This document shows positions 1-11,009 of a stretch of DNA of 64,000 nt, piece by piece; within the stretch, counting starts at the first letter, position 1; every line of letters starts with the position of its first letter. Both the position numbers and the translations under genes were made by a program. The stretch covers positions 32,001-96,000 of the forward strand of contig CAVSLC010000028.1 of NCBI GenBank assembly GCA_963728565.1, read 5' to 3'. The notes beneath the pieces were generated by a model. The model saw nothing but the letters and a program-made list of their open reading frames with translations. It was not told where the DNA came from and ran no database searches. This stretch comes from an uncultured delta proteobacterium. GTDB taxonomy: Bacteria > Desulfobacterota > Binatia > UBA9968.

Positions 1-1
1 T

Positions 2-328
2 ACCGGAGCAGACAACGAATCGCACTTCGAAGAAAAAGAAATCAATCTCAAGTTCAATGGCGATATGGAAGTCTCCGAGCTGGAGCCTGCCACGGGAGTT
101 TTTTTTCGCCAAGCTCCGGCCAATCACTTAAACGACTTCCATCCGGCGCCGCGGCGCCAGTACATCATCACTCTGTCGGGCGAGGTGGAGATCGAGATTG
201 GCGACGGCACCGTCAAACGTTTCGGCAAAGGCGATATCATGCTCGCCGACGACACCACCGGCCGCGGTCATATCACTCGTGTGGTCGGCGACCAGCCGCG
301 CGTCTACGTGACCATTCCTTTAAAATAA
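2..328 (+). CDS. Cupin-domain protein (5' end outside window)
   Basis: Frame open from window start (TGADNESHFEE...); FHPAPRRQYIITLSGEVEIE...LADDTTGRGH cupin-type motifs. Confidence 0.8.
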   Translation, partial: TGADNESHFEEKEINLKFNGDMEVSELEPATGVFFRQAPANHLNDFHPAPRRQYIITLSGEVEIEIGDGTVKRFGKGDIMLADDTTGRGHITRVVGDQPRVYVTIPLK

Positions 329-379
329 AGGTATCCCATCAGCAATCTCATTTCAGACGAAGCGCCACAGCGTGGTCGC

Positions 380-1522
380 TTGACGCTCTGCATCGTCCCC
401 TGCTCCAACTTCATGCCATCGATGATGGTGGCAACATTGGGGATCGCCTTGCCTGAAATCAGGCAGTCGTTCTCGCTCTCTGAGGTCGAAGCGGCAAGCC
501 TGTTCTCGGTTCTCATGATTGTCGCGGCCGTCACCAGCACTGTTGCGGGTCGTTTTGCCGACAGGTACGGCCGCAAGACGATATTGATCACCGGCTTGAG
601 CCTTTTGGCCGCCGGTTTTGCCATGGCCGGCATTACTTCTAGTCGCCCCTTGTTTTTCTTGTCTCTCGGAATCACCGGATTGGGCTACGGCTTTACGCCG
701 CCGGCGCTCTACGCCGTGATGTCGGATCTGCTACCGAACAAACGCGGTCTCGGCGCTAGCCTGGTTTCGGTTGCTTACGGCATCGGCGGCGCCATCGGTG
801 CCGTCTTGGCCAGTCGGATCATCGCCGTCTCGGACTGGCGCGCAGCCTTTGTCAGCGTTGGAGTCATTGCCGCAGTGATCATGTTGCTGCAGCTATATTG
901 GATCCGAAATATCCGCTCGATTAAATCCGCGGTCCGCGGCGGATCTTTCAGAGGCGCTCTCTCGCTGCCACTTTTGATTCTCGCTTTGGCCGAGTTCATT
1001 GGCGGATCGGTTTTCTGGAGCTCGGCGGCCTGGAGCCCAACATTGCTGCGCAGCGATAAAGCGCTCACACTAAAAGAAACCGGTTGGGTCATGGGCGTGC
1101 TGAGCCTGGCAAACATGCTGGGCTCGTTCTGCTTGGGCGCTTTATCGGACAAGTTGGGCCGGCGCCGGGTAATCGTGCTGAGTTCGTTTCCCGCGGCGGT
1201 GGCGGCGTTCGTGGTTTATTTTTGGTTGCAATCCCTCCTTGGACTCGCCCTCGGTATGCTTGTGTTTGGCGTGCTCAAGGCTTCGGTGCCGGCCTTGGTG
1301 GTTGCCTTGGCGCAAGAAGCCTCGCCGCCGGCCAGCGCCGGTACTGCCAGCGGCATTATCATGGCGCTGCACTACACCGCGGGAGTGATAGCGCCGCTAA
1401 TTGCGGCGAAATTGATCTCCGGCACCGGAGATATCGTCTTGGCGATGATCCTTTGCACTTCAGTCCCCTTGCTGCTCTATGGCACTCTCATCGCAACGGT
1501 GCGGGGGCGCGGCAACAGTTAG
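380..1522 (+). CDS. MFS transporter
   Basis: About 12 hydrophobic helices; MFS motif A twice (GRFADRYGRK, GALSDKLGRRR); TTG start uncertain. Confidence 0.9.
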   Translation: MTLCIVPCSNFMPSMMVATLGIALPEIRQSFSLSEVEAASLFSVLMIVAAVTSTVAGRFADRYGRKTILITGLSLLAAGFAMAGITSSRPLFFLSLGITGLGYGFTPPALYAVMSDLLPNKRGLGASLVSVAYGIGGAIGAVLASRIIAVSDWRAAFVSVGVIAAVIMLLQLYWIRNIRSIKSAVRGGSFRGALSLPLLILALAEFIGGSVFWSSAAWSPTLLRSDKALTLKETGWVMGVLSLANMLGSFCLGALSDKLGRRRVIVLSSFPAAVAAFVVYFWLQSLLGLALGMLVFGVLKASVPALVVALAQEASPPASAGTASGIIMALHYTAGVIAPLIAAKLISGTGDIVLAMILCTSVPLLLYGTLIATVRGRGNS

Positions 1523-1602
1523 GCGTGATAGTATTAAAAATTTGATACTATCCCAAAGCCGGGGGGTCATCTCGAAGGATTTTCCAGGGTATCCGCAGCC
1601 CT

Positions 1603-1917
1603 TCAGCGAAGCCACGAGAGAGTCAGGACAAGCAACGTACCAGCAAGCATGCCGCTGACTGCGCTTCTGGTGATATAGGCAACGGCAATCGTCAGAGCCA
1701 ATGCCAGGGCTCGCGACGGAGCAAGGTGCAACTCAAACTTTCCATCTGTCATAAAGAGCGTCACTCCGACAATGCTGCAAATAAAAGCGTAGGATAAATA
1801 GCGTAACAGCCGGTCCAAGGATTCAGGAAATCTCCGGCCGACAAAAATCAGCTGCGGCAGGGCGCGCACGGCGAAGGCCATGAATCCCATGATCAAGATA
1901 ATGCCGATGCGCGACAT
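1603..1917 (-). CDS. azlD: AzlD-like branched-chain amino acid exporter small subunit
   Basis: Small hydrophobic ORF (VRALP..., LRYLSYA) overlapping the azlC-like gene; start placed at ATG 1917. Confidence 0.75.
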   Translation of the reverse strand: MSRIGIILIMGFMAFAVRALPQLIFVGRRFPESLDRLLRYLSYAFICSIVGVTLFMTDGKFELHLAPSRALALALTIAVAYITRSAVSGMLAGTLLVLTLSWLR

Positions 1918-2636
1918 TTCCACTGTTCCGCCCCCCAGACCAAAATTGCCACAATACTCGCCGTGACCAACCAACCCCAGCCGGCGCTCGCGAGCGCACC
2001 GGGCACCGCCAAGAACAATGCAGCAAGGCAGACGACCGGCATTGCCCAGCCGCGCATTTCCACCACCAACAGCCCTGCGAAATAGCCCGGCAGAATAAAT
2101 TTCAGCGCTTCTTCAAATCCTGTCGGGAAGCCGAGCGCGACCGCATATCCGAATGCGCTGCCGATAACCCAAACCAAAAAGCTGCTGGCGCCGACGCCCA
2201 GAAAGAAGGCCAAATTTTCATAGCCCTCTGCGGACTCAGTGAACCCCGAACAGCCAGCGTCCTGTCGTTCCTTTTGAAACTGCAGATAAGGCACGATGAA
2301 ACTACTGGCGCTAACCACATGGGACGAAAGCAACAAACTGAGGCGGTTGACGCCGTGAAAGTATGGCGCCAGAGCCGCGCTCATGGGCAGAAAGCGCAAG
2401 TTCATGAGAAAGCCTGCCAGCAGCACCTGGACTGACGACTTGCCCTCCGCCAGCGGTCCTAAAACCGCGAATTGCGCCGGACCGGAGTAGACCCAGGCGG
2501 ACATCAGGACAATTTCAGCGAATCTCATTCCGTGCGCTTGCGCGGCAATGCCCCAGGCGAGAGAGGATGGCACGAAGGCGATCCAGATCGGAATCGCCGC
2601 TTTCATTCCTTGACGAAAACGGAACGCGAAGCGCAT
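1893..2636 (-). CDS. azlC: AzlC family permease
   Basis: MSAWVYSGPAQF and MNLRFLPMSA motifs typical of AzlC. Confidence 0.85.
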   Translation of the reverse strand: MRFAFRFRQGMKAAIPIWIAFVPSSLAWGIAAQAHGMRFAEIVLMSAWVYSGPAQFAVLGPLAEGKSSVQVLLAGFLMNLRFLPMSAALAPYFHGVNRLSLLLSSHVVSASSFIVPYLQFQKERQDAGCSGFTESAEGYENLAFFLGVGASSFLVWVIGSAFGYAVALGFPTGFEEALKFILPGYFAGLLVVEMRGWAMPVVCLAALFLAVPGALASAGWGWLVTASIVAILVWGAEQWKCRASALS

Positions 2637-2753
2637 TGAAACCGCTTAGCTGACGGCGGTTCAAAGATCAACCAAAGGCAGACATCTATCGTCTCGCGAC
2701 AATCATTGGCAACACTTACCGCCGCGAAATCTCGTTCCACCGCGCTGCCTCAG

Positions 2754-2912
2754 TAGCAGGTTGCTGAAAACTCTGGTTGCAGGCTGCTCAAAAAGATCCA
2801 GAGGCGCGCGAAGCACAAGGATGAAAGCGGAAATCTGAAAGCGGAATTCAGTTTTCAGCTTTCATAATTGATCTTTCACATCGCATATGGGTCTTTTTCA
2901 GCAGCCTGCTAG
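2754..2912. repeat. Repeat family A copy (MITE-like), centre replaced by short TGAAAGCGGAA repeats
   Basis: GCAGGCTGCTCAAAAAGATCC ... GGGTCTTTTTCAGCAGCCTGC inverted ends, TAG at both flanks; matches 10309-10463 and 41194-41345. Confidence 0.8.
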
Positions 2913-2914
2913 TC

Positions 2915-4345
2915 ATGTTGAATTCGACTATCGCTTATGCGAACTTGAATTTCCTCATGACCGAACAAGCGACGCACCTGCTCCGCGAGCTGCCCTCGGT
3001 AGACCGGCTCATGAAGCATCCCCATTGCGAAGCGCTGCTGGCCCGATACAACCGCGACTATCTCATTCAGAAATGCCGGGACGCGCTCGATCAAGCCCGT
3101 ATTGAAATCAGGCAGGGTAAAAGTTCCGCCGGAGGCGCAGTTAAAATCGACGCGATTGCCGCACGAGTTGAAGCGCAAATCGCAGCGGAGAGCCAACCGG
3201 GTCTTGTTCGAGTGGTGAACGCCACGGGCACGATCCTGCATACCAATCTCGGCCGGGCGCTCCTATCCCAGGCTGCCATAGACGCGGTTCTCGGCGTGGC
3301 CGGTTGTCCGGTGAATCTCGAATACGATCTTACCGCGGGAAAGCGCGGCCGGCGCGAGGAAACCATTGAAAAGCTGCTGATTGAGCTGACTGGAGCCGAA
3401 GCGGCGACCGTGGTCAATAACAATGCCGCTGCGGTGCTGCTCGCTTTGAATAGTCTCGCCGAAGGCCGGGAAGTCATCGTTTCGCGCGGTGAGCTGATCG
3501 AAATTGGCGGCGCCTTTCGGATTCCGGAGATCATGGCTAAAAGCAACGCGATCTTAAAAGAAGTCGGCAGCACCAATCGCACGCACCCGCAAGACTACGA
3601 GCGAGCCATCAATGAAAAAACTGCTCTGCTGCTAAAAGTGCATACCAGCAACTATAAGGTCGTCGGATTTACCGCCGATGTCGATTTGGCGCAGCTCGTC
3701 GCCATCGGTAAGGAACACAACGTCCCGGTGATGGAAGATCTGGGCAGCGGCGCGCTCATCGATCTCAGCCGCTACGGGTTGCCGAAAGAACCGCTTGTTG
3801 CCGAGCGCATCGATGCCGGCGCCGATGTGGTCACTTTCAGCGGCGATAAAATTCTCGGCGGTCCCCAGGCAGGGCTATTGGTCGGCAAAAAAAGTCTCAT
3901 CGGCAGGATGAACAAAAATCATTTGCAGCGCGCGCTGCGCTGCGGCAAATTGACCTTGGCGGCTTTGGAAGGAACGCTTCGGCGCTACCAGCAGTCGCCC
4001 GATATCACCCGGGAGATTCCGACCTTAAGAAGCTTCACCCGCGGTGTCGATGAAATCGGCGAACTGGGCAAACAGCTGTTGCCGAGACTTCAACGCGCGC
4101 TCGGCGATGGTTACCGCTTAACTCTGGAAGAATCGACTTCGCAGATCGGCAGCGGCGCGCTACCCACTGAAGAGCTGCCAACCGTAGTCATCGCGATTGT
4201 CCATGAGGAGCTCAACGCCAACCGAATCGCCGAAAGCTTTCGCCGCGCCAAGCCGCCGATTATCGGCAGGATTCAAGACGAACGTTTTCTGCTCGACTTG
4301 AGAACGATCTTCGATGCCGAGGACTTGGTTCCGAAGTTTGACTGA
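2915..4345 (+). CDS. selA: L-seryl-tRNA(Sec) selenium transferase
   Basis: VVNATGTILHTNLGRA, VNNNAAAVLL, SRGELIEIGG, PLP motif FSGDKILGGPQAG; true start may be ATG 2957. Confidence 0.97.
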   Translation: MLNSTIAYANLNFLMTEQATHLLRELPSVDRLMKHPHCEALLARYNRDYLIQKCRDALDQARIEIRQGKSSAGGAVKIDAIAARVEAQIAAESQPGLVRVVNATGTILHTNLGRALLSQAAIDAVLGVAGCPVNLEYDLTAGKRGRREETIEKLLIELTGAEAATVVNNNAAAVLLALNSLAEGREVIVSRGELIEIGGAFRIPEIMAKSNAILKEVGSTNRTHPQDYERAINEKTALLLKVHTSNYKVVGFTADVDLAQLVAIGKEHNVPVMEDLGSGALIDLSRYGLPKEPLVAERIDAGADVVTFSGDKILGGPQAGLLVGKKSLIGRMNKNHLQRALRCGKLTLAALEGTLRRYQQSPDITREIPTLRSFTRGVDEIGELGKQLLPRLQRALGDGYRLTLEESTSQIGSGALPTEELPTVVIAIVHEELNANRIAESFRRAKPPIIGRIQDERFLLDLRTIFDAEDLVPKFD

Positions 4346-4435
4346 GACAAATCGCGCGAGACGCAAAGAGATAAACACGAAAGTTGAATCGCAATATTCC
4401 AGCCGAGTCCATGGAAGCACCAACCGAAATGTCTT

Positions 4436-4558
4436 TAGGCTGTTCAAAAAGGTTCAAATGCGAGGCGCGCGAAGAGCGATGAGCGGAAGCGTACTCATGT
4501 ACGTTGACGCGAAATCGCTCGAGCGCAACGAAGCAGATGAGCCTTTTTCAACAGCCTA
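4436..4558. repeat. Repeat family A copy between selA and selB
   Basis: TAGGCTGTTCAAAAAGG ... CCTTTTTCAACAGCCTA inverted ends with central CGTACTCATGTACG palindrome. Confidence 0.85.
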
Positions 4559-4575
4559 AGAAAAGTTGACAAAAA

Positions 4576-6507
4576 ATGCCTTACATCATCGGCACCGCCG
4601 GACACATCGACCACGGTAAAACCAGCCTGATCAAAGCTTTGACCGGCGAGGACACCGACCGGCTCAAGGAAGAAAAGGAACGCGGCATTTCCATCGACTT
4701 GGGTTTTGCCCAACTCGACCTCGGCGACGGCAATCTCGCCGGGGTCGTCGACGTTCCCGGCCATGAGCGCTTCATCAAGAACATGCTGGCGGGCGCGCAC
4801 GGCATCGATCTGGTGCTGTTTACGGTTGCCGCCGACGACGGCGTCATGCCGCAGACCGAAGAACACCTCGACATCGTTCACCTGCTCGGCATCAAGGTAG
4901 CCATCTTCGTGATCACCAAAGCGGATCTGGTTTCGCGGGCGCGCATTGCCGAAGTGGAAGAGGAAATCAACATCTTGACTCTCGGAACCGTTCTGGAAGA
5001 ATCGCCGATCATCGCGGTTTCCTCAGCCACCGGCCAGGGGCTCGGTGAGCTCAAGCAGCTTGTTTCTCAATCGTTGAAGTCCATCGATAAACCGGCGCCG
5101 AGCGGCTACTTCCGCCTCCCGGTGGACCGCGCTTTCGTGTTGCAGGGCCATGGCGTAGTGGTGACCGGCACGGCGCGCAGCGGCGAGATCAGGACTGGTG
5201 ACCGGGTGCGTTGCCTGCCCGGCGAGCAAATTTTTCGCGTGCGCAGCCTGCAGGTGCATGGAGAATCTGTTGAGCTCGCCGGCTGGGGCCAACGGGTGGC
5301 GCTGAATCTCACCGGACCCGATACCGCCGAAGTCGCGCGCGGCCACGTCATCTGTCACGAGAAGATCTCGCTGACTTCAAATCGCTTCGACGCCTATTTG
5401 GAAGTCCGGCCGGCGGCGCGCAAGGGCATCAAGAACCATCAGAACGTGAGGGTCCATCTGGGGACCGCGGAACGGCTTGGCAAAGTCATCATCCTCGGCG
5501 AAAGGGACCATATCGAGCCGAAGCAATCGGCGTACTGCCAGATCACCCTGGCCGAACCGATCCTGGCTTTGCGCGGCGATCATTTCATTCTCCGCGATGA
5601 AACCGCGCAACGGACACTCGCCGGCGGCATGGTGATCAACCCATGGGCCAGAAGACATAAGCGCTCCGACGATCTGCGCGACAAACTCGAGGCGCTACAC
5701 CGCGGCGACATCACCCAACTGACGGAAGCGTTCCTGGAAGAAAGCGAGGCGTTCGCGTTGCCGCTCGAATCCATTTACCAGTTCCTCGATTGCCGAGAGG
5801 AACTGATTCGCAGCTCCATCGACAAAATGAAAAATGTCCGCGCGGTCAGCGCGGAGGGCGAGAAAGTCTACACCACCGAACCGAAATGGCAGCGTCTCAA
5901 AGAGCAGATCTCCAGGATCCTCAAGGATTTCCACGCAACCCATCCGCTGGTTCCGGGCATGGATATGGAAGAGCTGCGCGGCAAGCTCGCCTACGAGCTT
6001 TCGCCCAAAGTCTTCCGGCTGGTAATCGACGGACTGATCGGTGAACGGCTGATCGCCAAGGAGGAAAACCTGCTGCGCTTAGCCCAGCATAAAGTTCAGC
6101 TTGGCGGCCAAGACAAATTGCTGATGGAGCGAATAAAGAAAATCCTTGCCGAACACGAGATGGCGCCGCCGGAGCTGAAGCAGATCGAAAAAGACGCGTC
6201 GGTGCCGCGTGCGAAATTGGCCGAGGTGCTGCGCCTGCTCGAAAGAGAGCGGTCGGTGGTCAAAGTAGCTACCGATCTCTATTTCCTATCCAGTTGCGTC
6301 GACAGGGTTAAGCATCTGCTTTGCACCCACCTCGCCGAGCAGGGTGAAATATCGGCTGCCACATTTCGTGACCTGCTGGGATCAAGCCGTAAATATACCA
6401 TTGCGCTATTGGAACATTTCGATCGAGAAGGCGTGACTCTGAGGGTCGGCGACGTTCGGCGCCTGAAAGCCGCTTCGATAACTGAAAAGCGTGGCTCGGC
6501 GCATTGA
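4576..6507 (+). CDS. selB: Selenocysteine-specific translation elongation factor
   Basis: [23 protein letters not shown] GTPase motifs; C-terminal winged helix [13 protein letters not shown]...RVGDVR. Confidence 0.97.
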   Translation: MPYIIGTAGHIDHGKTSLIKALTGEDTDRLKEEKERGISIDLGFAQLDLGDGNLAGVVDVPGHERFIKNMLAGAHGIDLVLFTVAADDGVMPQTEEHLDIVHLLGIKVAIFVITKADLVSRARIAEVEEEINILTLGTVLEESPIIAVSSATGQGLGELKQLVSQSLKSIDKPAPSGYFRLPVDRAFVLQGHGVVVTGTARSGEIRTGDRVRCLPGEQIFRVRSLQVHGESVELAGWGQRVALNLTGPDTAEVARGHVICHEKISLTSNRFDAYLEVRPAARKGIKNHQNVRVHLGTAERLGKVIILGERDHIEPKQSAYCQITLAEPILALRGDHFILRDETAQRTLAGGMVINPWARRHKRSDDLRDKLEALHRGDITQLTEAFLEESEAFALPLESIYQFLDCREELIRSSIDKMKNVRAVSAEGEKVYTTEPKWQRLKEQISRILKDFHATHPLVPGMDMEELRGKLAYELSPKVFRLVIDGLIGERLIAKEENLLRLAQHKVQLGGQDKLLMERIKKILAEHEMAPPELKQIEKDASVPRAKLAEVLRLLERERSVVKVATDLYFLSSCVDRVKHLLCTHLAEQGEISAATFRDLLGSSRKYTIALLEHFDREGVTLRVGDVRRLKAASITEKRGSAH

Positions 6508-6541
6508 ATTGAGTTTGCGATCGAACTACACTCAGAGGTCT

Positions 6542-7597
6542 ATGATGCTCGCAAAGAAAAAAGTCGTCCGGCTGACGCAGTCAGTCAAAGCCGCGGGTTG
6601 AGCCGCTAAGCTCGGCCCTGCCGACCTCGTGCAAGTTTTGCACGGTCTGCCAAAGTTCAACCACCCGGACATGTTGGTCGGGACGGAGACCTCCGACGAC
6701 GCCGGAGTCTTTCGCCTGCGGCCGGATCTCGCCATCGTCAACACGGTCGATTTCTTCACGCCGATCGTCGATGACCCGTATACCTTCGGACAGATCTCGG
6801 CTACCAATTCGCTCAGCGACGTCTACGCCATGGGCGGCGAGCCCAAGACATGCCTGAACCTCGTCTGTTTTCCAAAAGGAAAGATGGATATCGAAATCCT
6901 GGGCGAGATTCTCAAAGGCGGCGCCGATAAGGTCAAGGAAAGCGGCGCGGTGATCATCGGCGGTCACAGCATCATCGACGAAGAGATCAAATATGGGCTG
7001 GCGGTTACCGGGACCATCCATCCCGATAAGATCTACCGCAATGTCGGCGTGCAGGAAGGCGACGCGCTGATTCTAACCAAACCTCTCGGCACCGGCATAA
7101 TCACCACGGCTCTCAAGAAAGGTAAAGCTGGCGAACAAAGCGTCGATCAAGCCGTTCGGTCGATGACGACGCTCAACGCCACGGCTTCTGAAGTGATGCG
7201 CAAATTCGCCGTGCACGCCTGCTCGGATATAACCGGCTTTGGCATTCTTGGCCATGGTTTGGGAATGGCCAGCGGCAGCGGTGTGACTCTGGTGATCGAA
7301 TCGGCCAAGCTGCCGCTTCTGCAAGATGCCACCCATTTAGCCGAGAAAGGCTACATCACCGGCGGCTGCAAACGTAATCGCGAGTTTTTGCAGGATAAAA
7401 TATTCATCGAAAACTCGATCCGTGAGGGACTGATCGAAGTAGCCATGGACCCGCAAACTTCGGGCGGACTGCTGATAGCCGTCGCCAACCGACACGCATC
7501 ACAGCTTCTTGAAGAGCTTCAGAGCGCAGGTGTCGACGCGGCAACGCAAGTCGGCTATGCCACCTCGCTCCAAAAAGCCTGGGTACGGCTTGTCTGA
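6542..7597 (+). CDS. selD: Selenide, water dikinase (selenoprotein; Sec at UGA 6599-6601)
   Basis: ATG 6542 reads MMLAKKKVVRLTQSVKAAG-UGA-AAKLGPADL in frame with the 6629 ORF (DDAGV, TVDFFTPIVDDP, NSLSDVYAMGG, DPQTSGGLL); G-U-x-x-K is the SelD catalytic motif. Confidence 0.95.
6623..6647 (+). promoter_or_regulatory. Putative bacterial SECIS hairpin of selD
   Basis: GAC-(CT)-CGTGCAA-GTT-TTGCACG-GTC; perfect 7-bp stem, loop starting GU, 33 nt after the UGA. Confidence 0.7.
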
Positions 7598-7606
7598 ACC
7601 ATCCGT

Positions 7607-7755
7607 TAGCGGGCTGCTGAAAAAGCCCATAGGCTTCGTTGCTCTTCGACCGATTGCGCGTCAACGTGCAGGAGCGCGCCTCCGCTCATCGATCTTCGAG
7701 CGCCTCGCCTATGGATCTTTTTGAGCAGCCCGCCACCGAACCGGCAACCTGCTAA
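7607..7755. repeat. Repeat family A copy after selD
   Basis: GCGGGCTGCTGAAAAAG ... CTTTTTGAGCAGCCCGC inverted ends; internal GCTTCGTTGC and CGCCTCCGCTC blocks shared with other copies. Confidence 0.85.
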
Positions 7756-7800
7756 GCTTCGACACTTCCCCGGTTCGGCTGAGCACCGAAAAATCAGCTT

Positions 7801-8818
7801 TCATTTGCCGCTTGCCAGCACCGACTTGATAAAACCGCTCTGGTCCAACTCGCGCACTAATCGGCTATCGGCGAAATCCTCGGGTTTCGCTCCCCTGGCT
7901 TTTGGAAACTGTTTTTCCAGCTCTTGTAACAAGCTGGCGATCCCCGCCGGATATGGAGGGACACTGAAACCATTTTTGATGCTCATCTCGTATGTCTCTT
8001 CCAGCACTTCGCGGTCGTCGCTGCGAAAATACTTTCCCATGGTCTTCATGGCAAAGGCCTTGTCCTTCTGTCCGCGAACCGCGCCTTCGATATAAGCTCG
8101 GAGAAAACGGCGCACGACATCCTCGTTGCTCTTTAAGATACCTGCGGGTAGTCACCAGACCGTTGACGTGATACTCGACATCGAGTTTTGACAGGTCCAT
8201 CAATTCCTTGAGCTTAACCCTTTTCGCTTGCAGTGTCGCCGGCGGCGAGATCGCCGCCGCATGAACTTTGCCGGTCATCATGGCAGTCACCGTTTCCGCC
8301 GGCCCTCCGGTTTGGACCATGGTGACATCGCGCTCCGGATCGAGGCCATGAAGGCGCAACGCGATGCGCGAGGCCAGGTCCGATTGAGTGCCGAACCGGG
8401 TCGTGCCAAACACTTTGCCTTTTAAATCTTCCATACGGCTGATGTTAGGCTGGCTGAAGATCCACCAGTTAAATTTTTTCGCGATAGTCGCGACAATTAC
8501 CGTATCCGTGCCCGACAGGGCGACCTGGATCGGACCCGCGCCGCCAGCTTGAATGATCGGCAGCTCTCCCGACAACATCGCCTGCAGCGCCAGCGAGCTT
8601 CCGGGAATACTGATGAGTTCGACATTGAGGCCGTTTTTTTCATAGTAATTTCCCTCTTTGGCAAACCAAATAGACATCTGCGCCGCCGATGCCGAGCCGC
8701 CGCCCGTTCGCAAGTTGTCGAGCTTCTTCTCCTGAGCAAACACGTTCGATGCGATCGCAACGAAAATCACAGTGCACATTATCAGCCGATGCATGTTTAT
8801 ACCTTCTCTCCTCATCAT
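7801..8818 (-). CDS. NMT1/SsuA-type ABC substrate-binding protein, one frameshift near 8133
   Basis: Signal peptide and DLKGKVFG motif; removing one base joins ORF 7865-8818 to ORF 7801-8115 (YLKSNEDVVRRFLRAY). Confidence 0.85.
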
Positions 8819-9076
8819 AAAACGCCCGATGATGCATCTATATAAGACAGCTTTAGCCGCTGTTGTCGAGAAAGTCCTTCACTCATGAAAGCGATTCCTT
8901 GTTAGTGTTGTAACAATCTGGATCTATAAAAGCTTGGGTAAAGCCTCGGCCGGCGCTATGGCAATCGATTCGAGGTCCATACATACGAGCTGGGGATCTA
9001 CTTCCGCCTCCAATGAAATCCTATATACTGGCTTTATTGAAGCAACGAACTCACAGCAGACGATAAGGAGACGATC

Positions 9077-9424
9077 GTGAAGAGAACAAGCGCGCTTTGG
9101 CTGATCATCATCGCATTATTTTTAACCGCCTCTTGTGATCAGATTTTTGATCGGGACGGCGGAATTAACTGGCCAGGATCGACTCGGGATCTGGAGGGCA
9201 GCTGGTACGTTAACGGCGACCGGGATCGACGCGCCCAAATAGTCTCAGCGCCCGGGGGCCTCGAAGCTCGCAATGAGCGCGGCCAGGCCAGCCGGTTGGA
9301 TATTACCGGTGGTGGCAGCGTCCGTGCTCTGGATTGGGAAGGTGGTCTGCGAGGCACTGTCCGGCGCGACCAAATCGAGTGGCAGAATGGCACTACCTGG
9401 ACGCGGGAGGCGCGCAACCGGTAG
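9077..9424 (+). CDS. Hypothetical lipoprotein
   Basis: AGGAG RBS; hydrophobic N-terminus ending LTASC (lipobox-like). Confidence 0.7.
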   Translation: MKRTSALWLIIIALFLTASCDQIFDRDGGINWPGSTRDLEGSWYVNGDRDRRAQIVSAPGGLEARNERGQASRLDITGGGSVRALDWEGGLRGTVRRDQIEWQNGTTWTREARNR

Positions 9425-9521
9425 CCAAGCAACACCGCCACTTACCGTGTCCGTTTCCAAGCTGTTCATGGTTGACAGATGCCGGTAAGCGTTAAGGCAG
9501 CATCGTTCGTGGTTTGCGTCG

Positions 9522-10298
9522 TCAATTACCCTGAAGCCGCGTATTAGCCGCGGCGCCAGCAGCCAGCGCGGGTTGCTCATCCGGCAATGCCGGCCACTCG
9601 CGCATCAGCCGGCCGTAGCCGCTGATCGGATATGCCAGCCCCAGTTTCGAAAGCGCGTACCATAGCATGGCGGGATTACTGGCAATCACCATCATTCCAA
9701 GCTCGCGCTCGATTTTCTCAAGAACTTTGATCGGATCAAGCACCGCGCCTTGAAAATAGATGGCATCGACAGGATCCGTCGCCCTGAGATTCTCTTTTGT
9801 CAGTTCGAAGACGTCATCGGGCTCCATTCGCTTGGGTACAGCGAGATTTTCAAAAGGATGCGGCGCCACCGCATCTACTCCTAGCTGCTCCAAATGCCCG
9901 GAAATCAGCTGATTCAAACGCTGATCGAACGGTGTCAATAACAGAACCCGCCGGGCGCGGTAAACCCGAAGCGCTGTAACGCAAGCGTGCAAAGCCGTCG
10001 TGAAAGGAACGGCAAGCGCCGCTGTGAGCGCATCGAACAGTCCGGGATTAAGCACTTCCGTAGGCGCGGCGGTGAGAATAACCCCGTCCCAGTGCCGTTG
10101 TGTGACCAGTTCTTGGAGCCGCTCCACGATGATTTGTTTTTTATCCGCAATTTGATACAGCGATTCGCCGTAGAGCTGCAAACCGACAAAATCGAATTTA
10201 ACTGATTCGGGAATCATCGGAAGAAAGCTACTGTAGTGCGGCATGGAACCGCCCCCGCCGCTGACGAAGCCGATTGTAGCTTTGATTAGTTCAGCCAT
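9522..10298 (-). CDS. Arylmalonate decarboxylase / maleate isomerase (Asp/Glu racemase superfamily) homologue lacking catalytic Cys
   Basis: RRVLLLTPF, IERELGMMVIASNPAMLW...ISGYGRL family motifs; start ATG 10298 (the 10334 start lies inside a repeat). Confidence 0.8.
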   Translation of the reverse strand: MAELIKATIGFVSGGGGSMPHYSSFLPMIPESVKFDFVGLQLYGESLYQIADKKQIIVERLQELVTQRHWDGVILTAAPTEVLNPGLFDALTAALAVPFTTALHACVTALRVYRARRVLLLTPFDQRLNQLISGHLEQLGVDAVAPHPFENLAVPKRMEPDDVFELTKENLRATDPVDAIYFQGAVLDPIKVLEKIERELGMMVIASNPAMLWYALSKLGLAYPISGYGRLMREWPALPDEQPALAAGAAANTRLQGN

Positions 10299-10308
10299 TT
10301 CCAACTCG

Positions 10309-10463
10309 CTAGCAGGCTGCTGAAAAAGACCCATACGCTTCGTTGCCGCTCAATCGCCTCGCTCCGACGTACTGTAAGTACGCCTCCGCTCGTCGAATTT
10401 TCGCGCGCCTCGCACCTGGATCTTTTTGAGCAGCCTGCAAGGCTTTTTTCAGCACCCTGCTAA
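10309..10463. repeat. Repeat family A copy (most complete)
   Basis: CTAGCAGGCTGCTGAAAAAGA ... TCTTTTTGAGCAGCCTGC plus a second end TTTTTCAGCACCCTGCTAA; central CGTACTGTAAGTACG. Confidence 0.9.
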
Positions 10464-10544
10464 TGTTCAGTGTTAACCTCGCGAATAGAAACTTGGTCAA
10501 CAGAGCCCCAATCTCTCTATCTCCTAGTCCCTATCAGTCTCTCG

Positions 10545-11009
10545 CTATTTCGCCTTCGCCTTGTACGCATCGATGGCCTGTTTAAGATCATCGTACTCTT
10601 CGCATCTCCCAAGCATGGGGCAGGCCTTTTTCAGCGCGGCCAGTTGTTTTTCGGCATTGGCCATTTGATTCAGATCTAGATAAAGCTCGCCCAAATATTC
10701 ATGGGCGCTGCGATGGTTGGCATCGATCTTTAGGGCGCGCTGATAGTGCTCCATGGATTTATCGAAGTTACCCGTCTTCCTATAGCTATAGCCGAGCATG
10801 TTATGGGCATCGGCATCATTGGGCAGCTCCTGCACCGCCTTCGTGAGATGCCCCACCGCGGCCTTGTAATCCTTCGCATCGATCGCCTTCCGTCCGGCTT
10901 CCATATTGGGATTCTGCGGTCCGGCCTTGGGCTCGGGCAAGTCGGCGAACGCGCCCGTCTGGGTCAGGACCAGCGTAATCAACGTAATCGCGGCTAATAG
11001 CGATTTCAT
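10545..11009 (-). CDS. Exported TPR-repeat protein
   Basis: AAGGAGG RBS before MKSLL..., signal peptide, TPR motifs (AHNMLGYSYRKTG, AHEYLGELY). Confidence 0.85.
   Translation of the reverse strand: MKSLLAAITLITLVLTQTGAFADLPEPKAGPQNPNMEAGRKAIDAKDYKAAVGHLTKAVQELPNDADAHNMLGYSYRKTGNFDKSMEHYQRALKIDANHRSAHEYLGELYLDLNQMANAEKQLAALKKACPMLGRCEEYDDLKQAIDAYKAKAK

Noticed and set aside
2637-7800. tRNA-Sec (selC) expected near selABD
   Set aside because: No cloverleaf with a UCA anticodon arm seen; intergenic space is taken up by family-A repeats.
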